64,000 nt of DNA. It comes from Alkalispirochaeta sp. (lineage in GTDB: Bacteria > Spirochaetota > Spirochaetia > DSM-27196 > Alkalispirochaetaceae). Positions within the stretch are counted from its first letter, which is position 1. Each line of letters starts with the position of its first letter. Where the stretch lies: assembly GCA_965601925.1 (NCBI GenBank), contig OZ271854.1, positions 1,856,001-1,920,000 of the forward strand, written 5' to 3'. Made by a program: the position numbers and the translations under genes. Below, one piece after another: positions 31,069-40,647 of this stretch. The notes below the pieces were generated by a model, which was not told where the DNA came from, searched no databases, and saw only the letters and a program-made list of their open reading frames with translations.

Positions 31069-31321
31069 GACCGGACGGTGGTTTCGATCACTCAGGCAGA
31101 CCCTTCGGATCAGAAGTCGTGCTCGCCACCACCGTCCGGTCACGCGTATCGTTGCAAGGGAGACTTGTCCTCGGATGGAATGTGTTAGGGACGGACCGGT
31201 TGCATACTTCGCATGCAACCGGTCCTACATACCGATGATGCGCCCTCGGGACGATGTCCCTGTTACTCGCGTTCCTCGTAACTGCGGTACACGAGCGAGG
31301 TCAGTGATCGAGGCGCGCATC
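31069..31321. other. Structured intergenic region with three stem-loops (candidate ncRNA or repeat element)
   Basis: Perfect 14-bp IR 31069-31082/31128-31141; 13-bp hairpin 31193-31225; imperfect stem 31237-31248/31309-31321. Confidence 0.45.
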
Positions 31322-31343
31322 CTTCGGTGAATCGGAGACTGAG

Positions 31344-32231
31344 CTACAGCGACAGAGCGAAGCTTTCGTCACCCAGTACTTTGTGCTCTCCGTTGTAGTC
31401 GCGGATGCCGCCCACGTTGTAGACGTGTTCGTACCCCAGCGCCTCCAAGGCCTCCATGGTGTACCCGGCGCGTGTACCGGAGCCGCACATCAGGAAGACT
31501 TCGCGATCCTTGGGGCCGAAGATGTTCTCCAGCACCGCGGCGTTCGCGATGTCGGCCTCGGAAAACTCCCATCCGTTGGTGCGCACCAGGGCATTCCCTT
31601 CCAAGTATTCGAAGAACGACACCACTTCGAAGCCGTCGATATAACCGCCGGTGTACTTGTCGGCGACGTTACGAAGATCGACGTACTTGGCCCCCGGGCG
31701 ACCCAAATAGTTGTCGATATTCGCCATAGTGATCTCCGCCGGTAGCGCCCGCTCACCGACGTACGCGCCGTCGCCGAGGACCTTGTTTTCGCCGTTGTAG
31801 TCGCGAATACCGCCGGCGTTGATGACGCTCGCATACCCCAGTGCCTCCAAGGCCTCTTTGGTGTACCCGGCGCGGGTACCGGAGCCGCACATCAACACGA
31901 TGACCTCGTCTTTGGGGCCGAACACGTTCTCCAGGATCGCCGGATTGACGATGTCGGCCTCGGAGAACTCCCATCCGTTGGTGCGGACTACGGCGCGTCC
32001 CTCGAGGTATTGAAAGAACGGAACGACCTCGAAGCCGGCGATGTAGCCGCCGTTAAACATGTCGGCAAAATCTCTGAGATCGACGAAGCGCGCGTCGGCG
32101 TCGAGATACTCGTCGACATTCGCCATCGTGATCTCCTCGGTACCGGTGAGGCCCGCCCGGGTTTGCGAACAGGCGCCGAACAGCGCGATGAGTGCAACCG
32201 CAGTTACGATCAGTAAAACTCTCGTTTTCAT
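31344..32231 (-). CDS. Lipoprotein with two tandem rhodanese domains
   Basis: Lipobox LFGAC; duplicated VDLR...GYI.GF and CGSGTRAG loops; 134-aa internal repeat. Confidence 0.85.
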   Translation of the reverse strand: MKTRVLLIVTAVALIALFGACSQTRAGLTGTEEITMANVDEYLDADARFVDLRDFADMFNGGYIAGFEVVPFFQYLEGRAVVRTNGWEFSEADIVNPAILENVFGPKDEVIVLMCGSGTRAGYTKEALEALGYASVINAGGIRDYNGENKVLGDGAYVGERALPAEITMANIDNYLGRPGAKYVDLRNVADKYTGGYIDGFEVVSFFEYLEGNALVRTNGWEFSEADIANAAVLENIFGPKDREVFLMCGSGTRAGYTMEALEALGYEHVYNVGGIRDYNGEHKVLGDESFALSL

Positions 32232-32300
32232 GGATTCCTCCTTGTACTATCCGCAGACCGTGCAGGTCGCGGCGTAGTGGTATGGATGTGGTACAGCCTT

Positions 32301-32891
32301 TCAGCTGTAGTGTTGCTTGTGATACTCGAACAACCCCTGCAACATACGCATGGCGTTGTTCGGGGTTACCGTCGCTCCGGTGTATGCGTCGACCGCTCCG
32401 TGCATCGCCTCGTAGGAGTCGATCTCCGCCTCGGTCTTGCCCACGATGCTCTCGTCGATGAAGGTGTCGAAGAGCTCGGCCACCGGGACGCCGTCCCACG
32501 ATACGGTACTGTCGCCGTACATCCCGGCAGTGTAATGTCCGCTGGAGTCCTCATCGTAGGAGATCGTCGCAATAGAGTTGTCGCTCTTGTCGATCTCGAC
32601 GAAGGCGACGGTCCAATAGTTGACCTCCGGGCCGCGACACGTGCACGCGATGTAGGCGATCTGGTACTTGACCGTGGCGAGCTGTTCGTACTCAAACAGC
32701 ACGAACGCCGTGATGTCGCGCTCCTCTCCGTGGCCGTCCACGTGGGTGTAGCGAAAGGCGTTCTCGACCACGATCCCGCTCTCCATCGTAGGAGTCTCCG
32801 GCGACTCCGGTGTACTCGCAACACCTTCTCCGCAGCCGGCAAGCGCGAGAATCGCAACGACAGCCGTTGCGATACCGATCAATCGTTTCAT
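32301..32891 (-). CDS. Lipoprotein with FMN-binding (flavinylation) motif
   Basis: Lipobox LAGC; C-terminal VDAYTGATVT as in RnfG/NqrC FMN_bind domains; CTC motif. Confidence 0.75.
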   Translation of the reverse strand: MKRLIGIATAVVAILALAGCGEGVASTPESPETPTMESGIVVENAFRYTHVDGHGEERDITAFVLFEYEQLATVKYQIAYIACTCRGPEVNYWTVAFVEIDKSDNSIATISYDEDSSGHYTAGMYGDSTVSWDGVPVAELFDTFIDESIVGKTEAEIDSYEAMHGAVDAYTGATVTPNNAMRMLQGLFEYHKQHYS

Positions 32892-32993
32892 AGGCAGCCC
32901 CCTTCTTGGCGTCCGTCGCGTACGCACGGATTCGGAACTCGATCCCGTTCGCACGCGCGGAACGCGCTTTTCTGTCTTAGTATTGCTTTATTT

Positions 32994-33019
32994 CTATAAC
33001 GATTTATCGATATAGTCAA
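32994..33019 (-). promoter_or_regulatory. Promoter and overlapping palindromic operator of the FMN-lipoprotein/rhodanese operon
   Basis: TTGACT at 33019-33014 in an AT-rich patch; palindrome CTATAACGAT-TT-ATCGATATAG (1 mismatch). Confidence 0.5.
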
Positions 33020-33225
33020 ACTTAAATGTTCGGACATGATTCATTGCGTAACGACGAGGACACCGGAGAGATCCGTGCGCATCGGTACTCCGCATCAAGC
33101 GTCGCCGAGCGAAAGAGGACGAGGCGCGGCGGCGATCGCACGCTTCTCGTGCCGATCGACCGTGGGCGGCGAAACGTAGCTCTTGTCGTGCCGGGGCGCT
33201 TTTTTCTATTTTCTTATCTAATCAT

Positions 33226-34143
33226 ATGGATTTCGGCAAAGTAGCGAACCTCGACGACATCGACTTCACCCTCCCCCCGGATCATCGCGATACGACCGAC
33301 GTCATCGCCGAATGGGCGGCGAACCGCGCCGCAGCGCCGACGGAGATCTACGTCGGATGCGCAAAGTGGGGACGCCCCGATTGGGTAGGGCAGTTTTATC
33401 CCCGAGGAACGAAGGCGGCGCAGTTTCTGGCGCTCTACGCACGTAACTTCAATTGCGTCGAGCTCAATGCCACATACCATCGCATGCCCGCCGTGCCACA
33501 AACGCAAGGGTGGGCGAACCAGACGGCCGAAGACTTTCGCTTCTTCCCCAAGGTGTTTCAGGGGATTACCCACTGGAAGCGTCTCGGCGAGGCGGAGGAC
33601 ATGACCGAAGAGTTTCTCCACGGTCTCAGCGGCTTCGGCTCGCGTCTCGGCACGATTTTTCTTCAGCTTCCACCGAACTTCCCGCCCAAGCAGTTCGGGA
33701 CCTTACGTTCCTATCTGGAGTATTTCCCCACGACCGATTACAGCCTCACCGTCGAGTTTCGACATCCCGACTGGTTCGGCGACGTCGGTGTGTATGACGA
33801 GACGTTTGCCATGCTTCGCGAACTCGGCGTCGGTGCCGTCATTACCGACACCTCGGGGCGTCGCGACGTGCTGCACCAGCGTCTCACCACGCCCGAGGTC
33901 TTCATACGCTTTGTCGGCAACAACCTTCACCCGACGGATTTCACTCGACTGGACGCGTGGGCCGACCGCATCGCCGAGTGGATCCGCGAAGGGGCGCAGC
34001 GCATCTCGTTTTTCATGCACCATCCCGACGAGTTGCACTCTCCGAAACTGGTGACCCACTTCGTCGGTCTTCTGAACGAGCGTTGCGGCCTGTCTCTCAC
34101 CGTCCCGCAGTTGATGGAGAGACAATCGTCGCTCTTTGAATAG
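33226..34143 (+). CDS. DUF72 domain protein
   Basis: VGCAKW, VELNATYH, FLQLPP, VEFRHPDW, IRFVG. Confidence 0.92.
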   Translation: MDFGKVANLDDIDFTLPPDHRDTTDVIAEWAANRAAAPTEIYVGCAKWGRPDWVGQFYPRGTKAAQFLALYARNFNCVELNATYHRMPAVPQTQGWANQTAEDFRFFPKVFQGITHWKRLGEAEDMTEEFLHGLSGFGSRLGTIFLQLPPNFPPKQFGTLRSYLEYFPTTDYSLTVEFRHPDWFGDVGVYDETFAMLRELGVGAVITDTSGRRDVLHQRLTTPEVFIRFVGNNLHPTDFTRLDAWADRIAEWIREGAQRISFFMHHPDELHSPKLVTHFVGLLNERCGLSLTVPQLMERQSSLFE

Positions 34144-34249
34144 GGGCCGAGATGCTCTGCTCCCGGTCGTGGCGGTATCGTCGGCCGATCGGGCCGGCCG
34201 ACTCACATGTGTCCATCCGTCGACACATCCTCTTCGACGCTCCTCGCGT

Positions 34250-35431
34250 TCAGCCCCTCCGAGCGGTTGTCTTTTCGGCAACTCCGGCGGCGATGCGGTA
34301 GAGCGCGTACAGCCCGAGGGCTACCGCCGCGGTACGGGCGACGCCGCCGGCGATGCCGAACCGCGTCGCAAACGCACTGAACAAGAGGCCGAAGATCAAA
34401 CTCACCACTTGCTCCAGCTGGGACGCCACCGATTCGGCGGTCGCGCGGAAGCGAGACTCGGCTGCGTTATGCAGCACCGAGAGCCCAAGAACGTCCAAGG
34501 CTCCCCACATGAGATACAGAACACCGACGATAGAGAGGGCGAATGGAAGGGCGACCACGCCGAAGACGATCTGGAGTACGAGAAACGACGCCACAGCCGC
34601 CGGAAAAAATCCTCTCCACCGCGCTGCTTCCTCCAGTGTATGGCCCAACAGACCCCCGACGCCCCGAAAAATGTAGGCCGCAGCGACGACGACACCGAAA
34701 GACCAGACTGGCATGCCGTTGTCCCGAAGAAACAACGTAATGAACTCGTCCAAGTAGACGATTCCGGCGGCGATCGATACGCCGGCAACGACGGCGGACA
34801 GTACGCGGGGTGTGCGAAAGACCACCGCTAGACCGTTGCGGAAGATACCCGTCGGGTCATGACGTTCCTCCGACGCTCCCGTCCGCTGCGGGTCGGTGAG
34901 AAACGCGAGCGCAATCGCCGACAGTACGCTTCCTATCACGGCTATTCGGTACAGCGCCACCATCGATGTGTGCTCCGCCAAGAAGCCCCCGACGAGGAGC
35001 GCGACGACGATCGTGCCGTTCTCGACCATCTGTATACGTCCCAGCACTTTTGCAAAGGTGTGCTCTTTCCCCGCCGTCGAGAGGGACTCGTAGATCACCG
35101 CGTTAAGCGTGCCGCTCGTCAGCGTCTCCGTAACCGCGGCAACTGCGGCCACCGCGGCAAAGTGAAAGAATCGAGACGCATAGATGACGATTGCGAACTC
35201 AACGGCCTGAAGGAGTGCTGCACCGATAAGCACGGTCCTGCGACTCGACCGATCCGAGACGATGCCCGCCGGAATCTCAAGGAGTAGAATGGCGACGATA
35301 TAGATGATCTCGGTGAACACCACGTCCCGCACGTCCATGGAACGAGACTCCCAGAAGATCCGTTCGATGACGTAGGCGAACACGAGATTCTTCAAAAAAA
35401 GATAAACAGTGATGATATGTATGTTGCGCAT
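34250..35431 (-). CDS. MFS transporter
   Basis: ~12 TM helices, LEIPAGIVSDRSSRR motif A, SGT...YES, RATAES. Confidence 0.92.
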   Translation of the reverse strand: MRNIHIITVYLFLKNLVFAYVIERIFWESRSMDVRDVVFTEIIYIVAILLLEIPAGIVSDRSSRRTVLIGAALLQAVEFAIVIYASRFFHFAAVAAVAAVTETLTSGTLNAVIYESLSTAGKEHTFAKVLGRIQMVENGTIVVALLVGGFLAEHTSMVALYRIAVIGSVLSAIALAFLTDPQRTGASEERHDPTGIFRNGLAVVFRTPRVLSAVVAGVSIAAGIVYLDEFITLFLRDNGMPVWSFGVVVAAAYIFRGVGGLLGHTLEEAARWRGFFPAAVASFLVLQIVFGVVALPFALSIVGVLYLMWGALDVLGLSVLHNAAESRFRATAESVASQLEQVVSLIFGLLFSAFATRFGIAGGVARTAAVALGLYALYRIAAGVAEKTTARRG

Positions 35432-35433
35432 GG

Positions 35434-35587
35434 CGCTCCCCTCTCTGTGTTGAAGTAGTTGGCTTGCGGTTCAACACCGAGGAGTCGGAGGACCCCGGAG
35501 AGGAGCGTCGGCTCTGAGATGTGAGCGTTAATAGGTAACGCGATTTACCCGTTTCATAACGAGTCGATAGTAACCGCTATGAAACGG
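35434..35587 (-). promoter_or_regulatory. Putative leader peptide (MKRVNRVTY, 35557-35528) with RBS-sequestering attenuator
   Basis: Short uORF; nested inverted repeats that pair with the MFS Shine-Dalgarno. Confidence 0.5.
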
Positions 35588-35632
35588 CTTGTTCAAGATG
35601 GGACGCCGCGGCACCGATCTCTCTCGATGTGC

Positions 35633-36547
35633 CTAAGAATCTGAGAGAATACGACGCGCGGCACGAGCCAAGAGCGACTCGGAATCGAGCGCAATGAGCC
35701 TGCGGAGCGCATCATCGGCCGGCTCGCCGCGTCCATCGAGGCGAAGCGTCTCGGCGAGCGTATATTCCATCGTCTGCAGTTCGTCGGTCGAGAAGACGGA
35801 CCGGTCGAGTGAGACGAGGATTGAGAGCATCGCATCGGGATTTTCCGTTCCGGCGTACACGACAAAGGCCATCATCGCGTACCGTCTATACCAGGGCTCA
35901 TGCGGCGACGGAGTTATCTCTTCGATGACGGTCAACGCCTCGTTCGCTCGGCCCGCATCAAGGAGCCGTTCGGCGAGGGACAGACGCACCGGCGCGCTCC
36001 CGTCGAACATCACCGCCTCTCGATAGAGCGCTATCGCCGTCTCGTCGTCACCGCTTCGCCACGCGTCCTCCGCCGCGGCGACGAGATCGCCGGTCGGATC
36101 CCCGAGATCCCACGCCTCCTCGCCCGCGTAGTCGCCGCGTACTCCGGCGACCGTATCGCCCGTCGAGTCTTCGGCAAAGAGAAGCGATCGCCAGCGCTCT
36201 GAAATTCGTTCGATTCCCGATTCACGCGCGCCGTCGGACGGATCGAGGTAATCCAGAAGTGGAAAGCGCCCCGGGCCCAAAATGCGAACGATTGAATCGG
36301 GCCCTTGAATCTCCGCGTATGCCGACGTCTCCAACACCAGCACGCCTGCGGCGGTCACTCGATCGCCGATTTCCAGAAAGCGTCCCTCGCTCTCGGGACT
36401 CGCGGAAGTCGGAAGATAACCGACCGGACCGTCGACGTATACCACCGTCGCCTCCTCGGCGTGGGCGATATGGACGGCGAGAAGCGCGACGACGATAAGT
36501 ATGTGATGTACTCGTCCGTTTCGATGCGTCCTTCCTGCGTATCTCAT
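35633..36547 (-). CDS. Exported protein with FecR-like N-terminus and TPR repeats
   Basis: Signal peptide, ATVVYVDG.V...LEIGDRV, AGVRG, TPR-like helices. Confidence 0.6.
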   Translation of the reverse strand: MRYAGRTHRNGRVHHILIVVALLAVHIAHAEEATVVYVDGPVGYLPTSASPESEGRFLEIGDRVTAAGVLVLETSAYAEIQGPDSIVRILGPGRFPLLDYLDPSDGARESGIERISERWRSLLFAEDSTGDTVAGVRGDYAGEEAWDLGDPTGDLVAAAEDAWRSGDDETAIALYREAVMFDGSAPVRLSLAERLLDAGRANEALTVIEEITPSPHEPWYRRYAMMAFVVYAGTENPDAMLSILVSLDRSVFSTDELQTMEYTLAETLRLDGRGEPADDALRRLIALDSESLLARAARRILSDS

Positions 36548-39500
36548 AGTTCACCTCTCGATCGAACGGCCTCTTCCGAGTCGGGCAGAACGGCGGTCGC
36601 CGGATCGAACTCATCGGAAGCGCGATTGACGCCGTCGCGGTCTACAATAGCGTACCGAGCCGCGAGGCTCGGCGAACGGTCGTTTACGAGTTGTATGTGC
36701 CGGCGTGCGCGACCTCCTCGCCCGGAATCTATGTAACTCCGCGCCAACAGGGCGTGGATCAAAACGGCATCGGGAAAACGTTCGATTGCCGGCTCCAACA
36801 CCTCGACGGCGCGTTCCGGACGATTCTGAGAAAGCAGGTAGCTTGCGAAGTGCACCCTCGGAAGAGCCGTTTCCGGCGCCGCTTCGATCGCCGCGGAGAA
36901 GCTGCGCTCCGCCTCGTTCCACATGCCGAATCGACTGTGGAGCGTTCCGAGGCGGCTCAAAAGCGCTGCACTGCGGTTCGCCTCTGCCCGACTCTCTATC
37001 GCGGCTACCGCCGGTCGGTATATGTGGGAGGCGAGTTGTGCGGTGGTACGATCGCCTTGTTCCGCGATCGACCCGGCGGAGGGGAGCGTAAGGTTGAGTT
37101 GCGTCGGCGGAACGGGAATCGTCGGATAGCGTGCACGGGCGACCTCGGTCGGGATGAAATCGATCGCTCCGACTCCGCCGACCGCTTCGATACGTTCCGC
37201 CGCGGCGCGTATCGTTCCCACGAAACCGCGGCGCAGCACCGTCGTCTCAACGGGGAGCCACACCGTGTCGCCGTGCGTGACGACCGGATATCCCGCACTC
37301 CGGTAGATCCACCCGTTGGCCGCCGGTTCTCCGGTGTCGAAGGCGATAAGGACGTGGTCGGGTGTCGTGACGATGGCCGTCGGAATGCCTACCGCCTCCA
37401 ACAGCGACGCCAAAAGCGCGCTCGTGTCGTCGCAGTCACCGACTCGATTGAGGAGCGTGGCACGAGGGAATCGTACCGTATCGACGACGTCGTTCCGTTG
37501 TAGAATCGCCGAAATGGGGGTGCGCGGATCCTCGACGTACGAGATTCCGTAGAGTCCCAACGCGTCGATGATGCGCGCCGCACGAAGGAACGAGCGCGAA
37601 AACGCGTTTGTCGACTCTTCGTCCACTGCCGTCGTCGCGGCAAAGGCGAAGCGACTTACATTGGATTCATTGGGCGTAATGAAGGATGCGAGCCGCTCGG
37701 TCTCGATCCATGTCAACGCCGTTCGACGATGGAGCGTAAGCGATCCCGCGCTCCGGCGAGTGTATTCCCGACCGGCATCGGATGCAAACACTCGCACATG
37801 CGCCTGGAGCGGCAGGTCCTCCTCGACCTCGAATACATCGGTGTTCAGGACGAGTCGAAGGGGTAGCTCGCGTCGCCCTCCCGGTGGAATCGGCTCGGCA
37901 AGCTCGGTGACGGTCGGAAAATCGCTGTAACGTCGCACCTCGATCTCCGCGCGCACCTCCGTGAGCGGCGTCTGTCCGCGATTGACCACCGTCACGGTAC
38001 CGACCGGCCGCGTACGATATGTCGACAGAAGCGAAGGAAATACGTTGTCCAGAACGACCCCCTCCACCGAGAGCGGGTTGGTGCCGGCCTCGCCGTTCCC
38101 ATCGCTCGCGAAGTCCCGTCGGAGCGCATCCATCCGGTCCGGCACACCGGTCATATCGGGACGAATCGCGAGCACTTGCTCGTAGAGTTGCAGCGCCCGC
38201 AGATAGTCCGCCCTCGCGCTTGCCGGCCCCAATCTCGATAACTGCTCGCGCGCGGCGGTTGCGGCGGCGTCCGCCTGCATGATGAGACGAGCCAACTCGA
38301 CGCGCTCAAGGCCCATCTGCGCCTCGGTATTGAACGGATCGAGGTCCAGCACGTACTGCCACGTGGCGCCGGCAAGGATCGATGCGCCGACTTCATCGTA
38401 TAGACGCGCCTTCTGTGCGAGAAGCGCCGGATCCTCACCGACGCGCGCAATGTCGCGGTTAATCGCCGCGAGTCGTCGGTGATGTTCCCGTTCCGCGTCG
38501 TCGCCGCCGATAGCGAGCGTCGTATCACGAAGTCGTGTGATCGTCCTGCGAGCGGAGTCGACCGAGTAGATATATCCGAGATTCGAGTCCACGGCGACGG
38601 CAACGGCTTGTTGAAAACCGCTCTCGCGTCCATCGGGAAGGTACGGGAGAGACCACTCGGGCTGTCCGTCTCGGGCGAGTTTCCAAAGGCCGACGCGGGT
38701 GAGAAGCACAAAGCCGCCGTCGCGGTACGGCGCGATACCGACCGTCTGACCGGACACCGCGGTCGGGACGGCGGGGATAATCGAGTCGACGACGCGCCCG
38801 TCGGGTGCATGAATGAGAAGCCGTTGTTCGGTCGCATCGAACACCCAGATATTCCCGGTGGGTCCCGCTGCAGCGGCGGTGACGTAGGAGTGGGGGTGGG
38901 TGAATAACGGCACCTCTTCACGTTCGCGCCCGGAGATACGTACGGCCCGTTTTGCGACCGCGTCGATAGTGACGACCGAGCCGTCGGGCAGGACCACCAA
39001 GGGGCCGAAGCCGCCGACTCCGTTGCGTATCCGCTGCGGGCGTATCGCGCCCGGAACGATGCGATACAGATCGGTACCCTGCGCGGGTTGAAAATAGAGC
39101 GTGCCCGCCGGAGTGGCGGCCGTTGACCGCGCATAGGTGTAGTTGCCTTGATCCAGAAGCGCGCTTCCCGGAAACGAGCGAACGCGAAACAGTGGATCGA
39201 TTTCAACGGCGAAGGTGTTGCCGGCCACAACGATGTTTCCATCGGGCATGGTGGTAAGGTCGGTCGGGTAGAGACTGAGAGTAGCGTGAGCCGGTGAGCT
39301 CGGTCTCACATGCTCCAGCGGCAGTTCGTCGATGTACTCGATCGGAGCGTCGTTCGGACTCGGCCACCCGTAGATCGCCGGCTCGAAGTACCGCAGTGCT
39401 TGGGTAAGGACGCCGGGCAATATCTCGTCCCACGGCGCCCTGAGAACGAGCGCCGCCTCTTCGCCCGATCCTCCGGTGAGGTTGACGGCGATAAAGCGAT

Positions 39501-39765
39501 CTCCGTCACCCTCGATCGCGGTAATCGACAGGGTTGCGAGTGCGCGTTCGGTTCCGTCGGCGCGACGGTACGCACGATCCTCACGCGCGCGATCGGCGGC
39601 GGAAATCGCAACGGCCAGCGAATCCTCAAAGTGGCCGGCAAGCTCCGGTGTCGACGCTTGAATAAGGGTGATATCGACCGCGATCGTCTCGGCGGCGATG
39701 AAGCCGCCGCAACACATCATCATAACGGCGGCGATGCGGGAGACCCACGAGCCGTGTGTTTTCAT
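36544..39765 (-). CDS. Large exported protein: NHL-like propeller, TPR, Ig-like, transglutaminase-like, TPR
   Basis: GPTGNIWVFD/GYIYSVDS NHL-like repeats; VGDCDD..LLASLLEAVGIPT, DHVL, WLPVETT transglutaminase-like core. Confidence 0.7.
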   Translation of the reverse strand: MKTHGSWVSRIAAVMMMCCGGFIAAETIAVDITLIQASTPELAGHFEDSLAVAISAADRAREDRAYRRADGTERALATLSITAIEGDGDRFIAVNLTGGSGEEAALVLRAPWDEILPGVLTQALRYFEPAIYGWPSPNDAPIEYIDELPLEHVRPSSPAHATLSLYPTDLTTMPDGNIVVAGNTFAVEIDPLFRVRSFPGSALLDQGNYTYARSTAATPAGTLYFQPAQGTDLYRIVPGAIRPQRIRNGVGGFGPLVVLPDGSVVTIDAVAKRAVRISGREREEVPLFTHPHSYVTAAAAGPTGNIWVFDATEQRLLIHAPDGRVVDSIIPAVPTAVSGQTVGIAPYRDGGFVLLTRVGLWKLARDGQPEWSLPYLPDGRESGFQQAVAVAVDSNLGYIYSVDSARRTITRLRDTTLAIGGDDAEREHHRRLAAINRDIARVGEDPALLAQKARLYDEVGASILAGATWQYVLDLDPFNTEAQMGLERVELARLIMQADAAATAAREQLSRLGPASARADYLRALQLYEQVLAIRPDMTGVPDRMDALRRDFASDGNGEAGTNPLSVEGVVLDNVFPSLLSTYRTRPVGTVTVVNRGQTPLTEVRAEIEVRRYSDFPTVTELAEPIPPGGRRELPLRLVLNTDVFEVEEDLPLQAHVRVFASDAGREYTRRSAGSLTLHRRTALTWIETERLASFITPNESNVSRFAFAATTAVDEESTNAFSRSFLRAARIIDALGLYGISYVEDPRTPISAILQRNDVVDTVRFPRATLLNRVGDCDDTSALLASLLEAVGIPTAIVTTPDHVLIAFDTGEPAANGWIYRSAGYPVVTHGDTVWLPVETTVLRRGFVGTIRAAAERIEAVGGVGAIDFIPTEVARARYPTIPVPPTQLNLTLPSAGSIAEQGDRTTAQLASHIYRPAVAAIESRAEANRSAALLSRLGTLHSRFGMWNEAERSFSAAIEAAPETALPRVHFASYLLSQNRPERAVEVLEPAIERFPDAVLIHALLARSYIDSGRGGRARRHIQLVNDRSPSLAARYAIVDRDGVNRASDEFDPATAVLPDSEEAVRSRGEL

Positions 39766-39872
39766 CGATACAATAGTAGGACGGAGTCGCGAGGCGGGTA
39801 AATACTCACCGCCCCGTGACCGTGATGTCGACTTCGCGCCGGCCCCATGGTCGGCGGTGTGCGACCGCCCCG

Positions 39873-40529
39873 TTATCCCCTCCAGTCGAGCTGTCGGAGG
39901 CGGCGCTCCATCATATCGGGAAATCGCTTATGCCACGCGGCGTTGAGCGGCGACGGGTGGGGTAGCGGGTAGAGGTGCATCGTCTTTCCGCAAAGTTCTA
40001 CCTCCAACGACGCCTCGTAACGGTCCTCCCGTCGCCAAAAATCCGCGAGCCGCCCTTTGAGCGACGCATCGGCCAGAGCGAACCACTCGAATGCCTGGTT
40101 GCCGAGGGTGATCAGTCGATCGCCCTCCCAGTACTCGACCAGAAGATCCGTGATGAACGGAACAAAGCGACGTTTCACCGTTGTGGACCACGCCTTGTTG
40201 CCGACCGGCTTGTACGGCACCGTGTTCCCCCAGAAGATGCGCCTACCGACTTCGATCGACTGCTCCAACGAGGGCGTCCCTACACCGCCGGCGGCGCGAT
40301 GGAGTGCGGCGCGCACCAACTGTCCGCCTTTACCGATGAAGGGCTCGCCGAGCGCTATCTCGGTGCGTCCCGGGTCGCGTCCGAATATGCCGACGCGCGC
40401 CTCGATACTCCCGGAGCCCAGAAGCACCGGCGACGACGAAGCGCGTCCCGCCGTGCGGTACGCATCGAAGTCTATCGTCATCTCACCTTTGCTCGCTTCG
40501 TTCGCGATGCGGTCGAGCAACTGTTGCAT
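39873..40529 (-). CDS. Uracil-DNA glycosylase superfamily protein
   Basis: GRDPG...GEPFIG..G, NTVPYKP, TLGN.A, PHPSP. Confidence 0.88.
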   Translation of the reverse strand: MQQLLDRIANEASKGEMTIDFDAYRTAGRASSSPVLLGSGSIEARVGIFGRDPGRTEIALGEPFIGKGGQLVRAALHRAAGGVGTPSLEQSIEVGRRIFWGNTVPYKPVGNKAWSTTVKRRFVPFITDLLVEYWEGDRLITLGNQAFEWFALADASLKGRLADFWRREDRYEASLEVELCGKTMHLYPLPHPSPLNAAWHKRFPDMMERRLRQLDWRG

Positions 40530-40647
40530 TGCGAGAGAGTATACCGCGGAACGCGGTTGCATGGCGCGCGGTGTATCGCCCGTTTTGCGCCACAACGATT
40601 TGCGGTTGTTCCATTAACCGCTCGACGCGGATATGGTGGTACGTGCC

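Noticed and set aside
31014..31070. NAD riboswitch or NrtR site upstream of pncA
   Set aside because: No consensus recognised, and pncA appears leaderless
31370..32135. Repeated sequence considered as a CRISPR array or DGR template/variable repeat
   Set aside because: Only two in-frame copies coding duplicated domains; differences are not adenine-specific and there is no RT or cas gene
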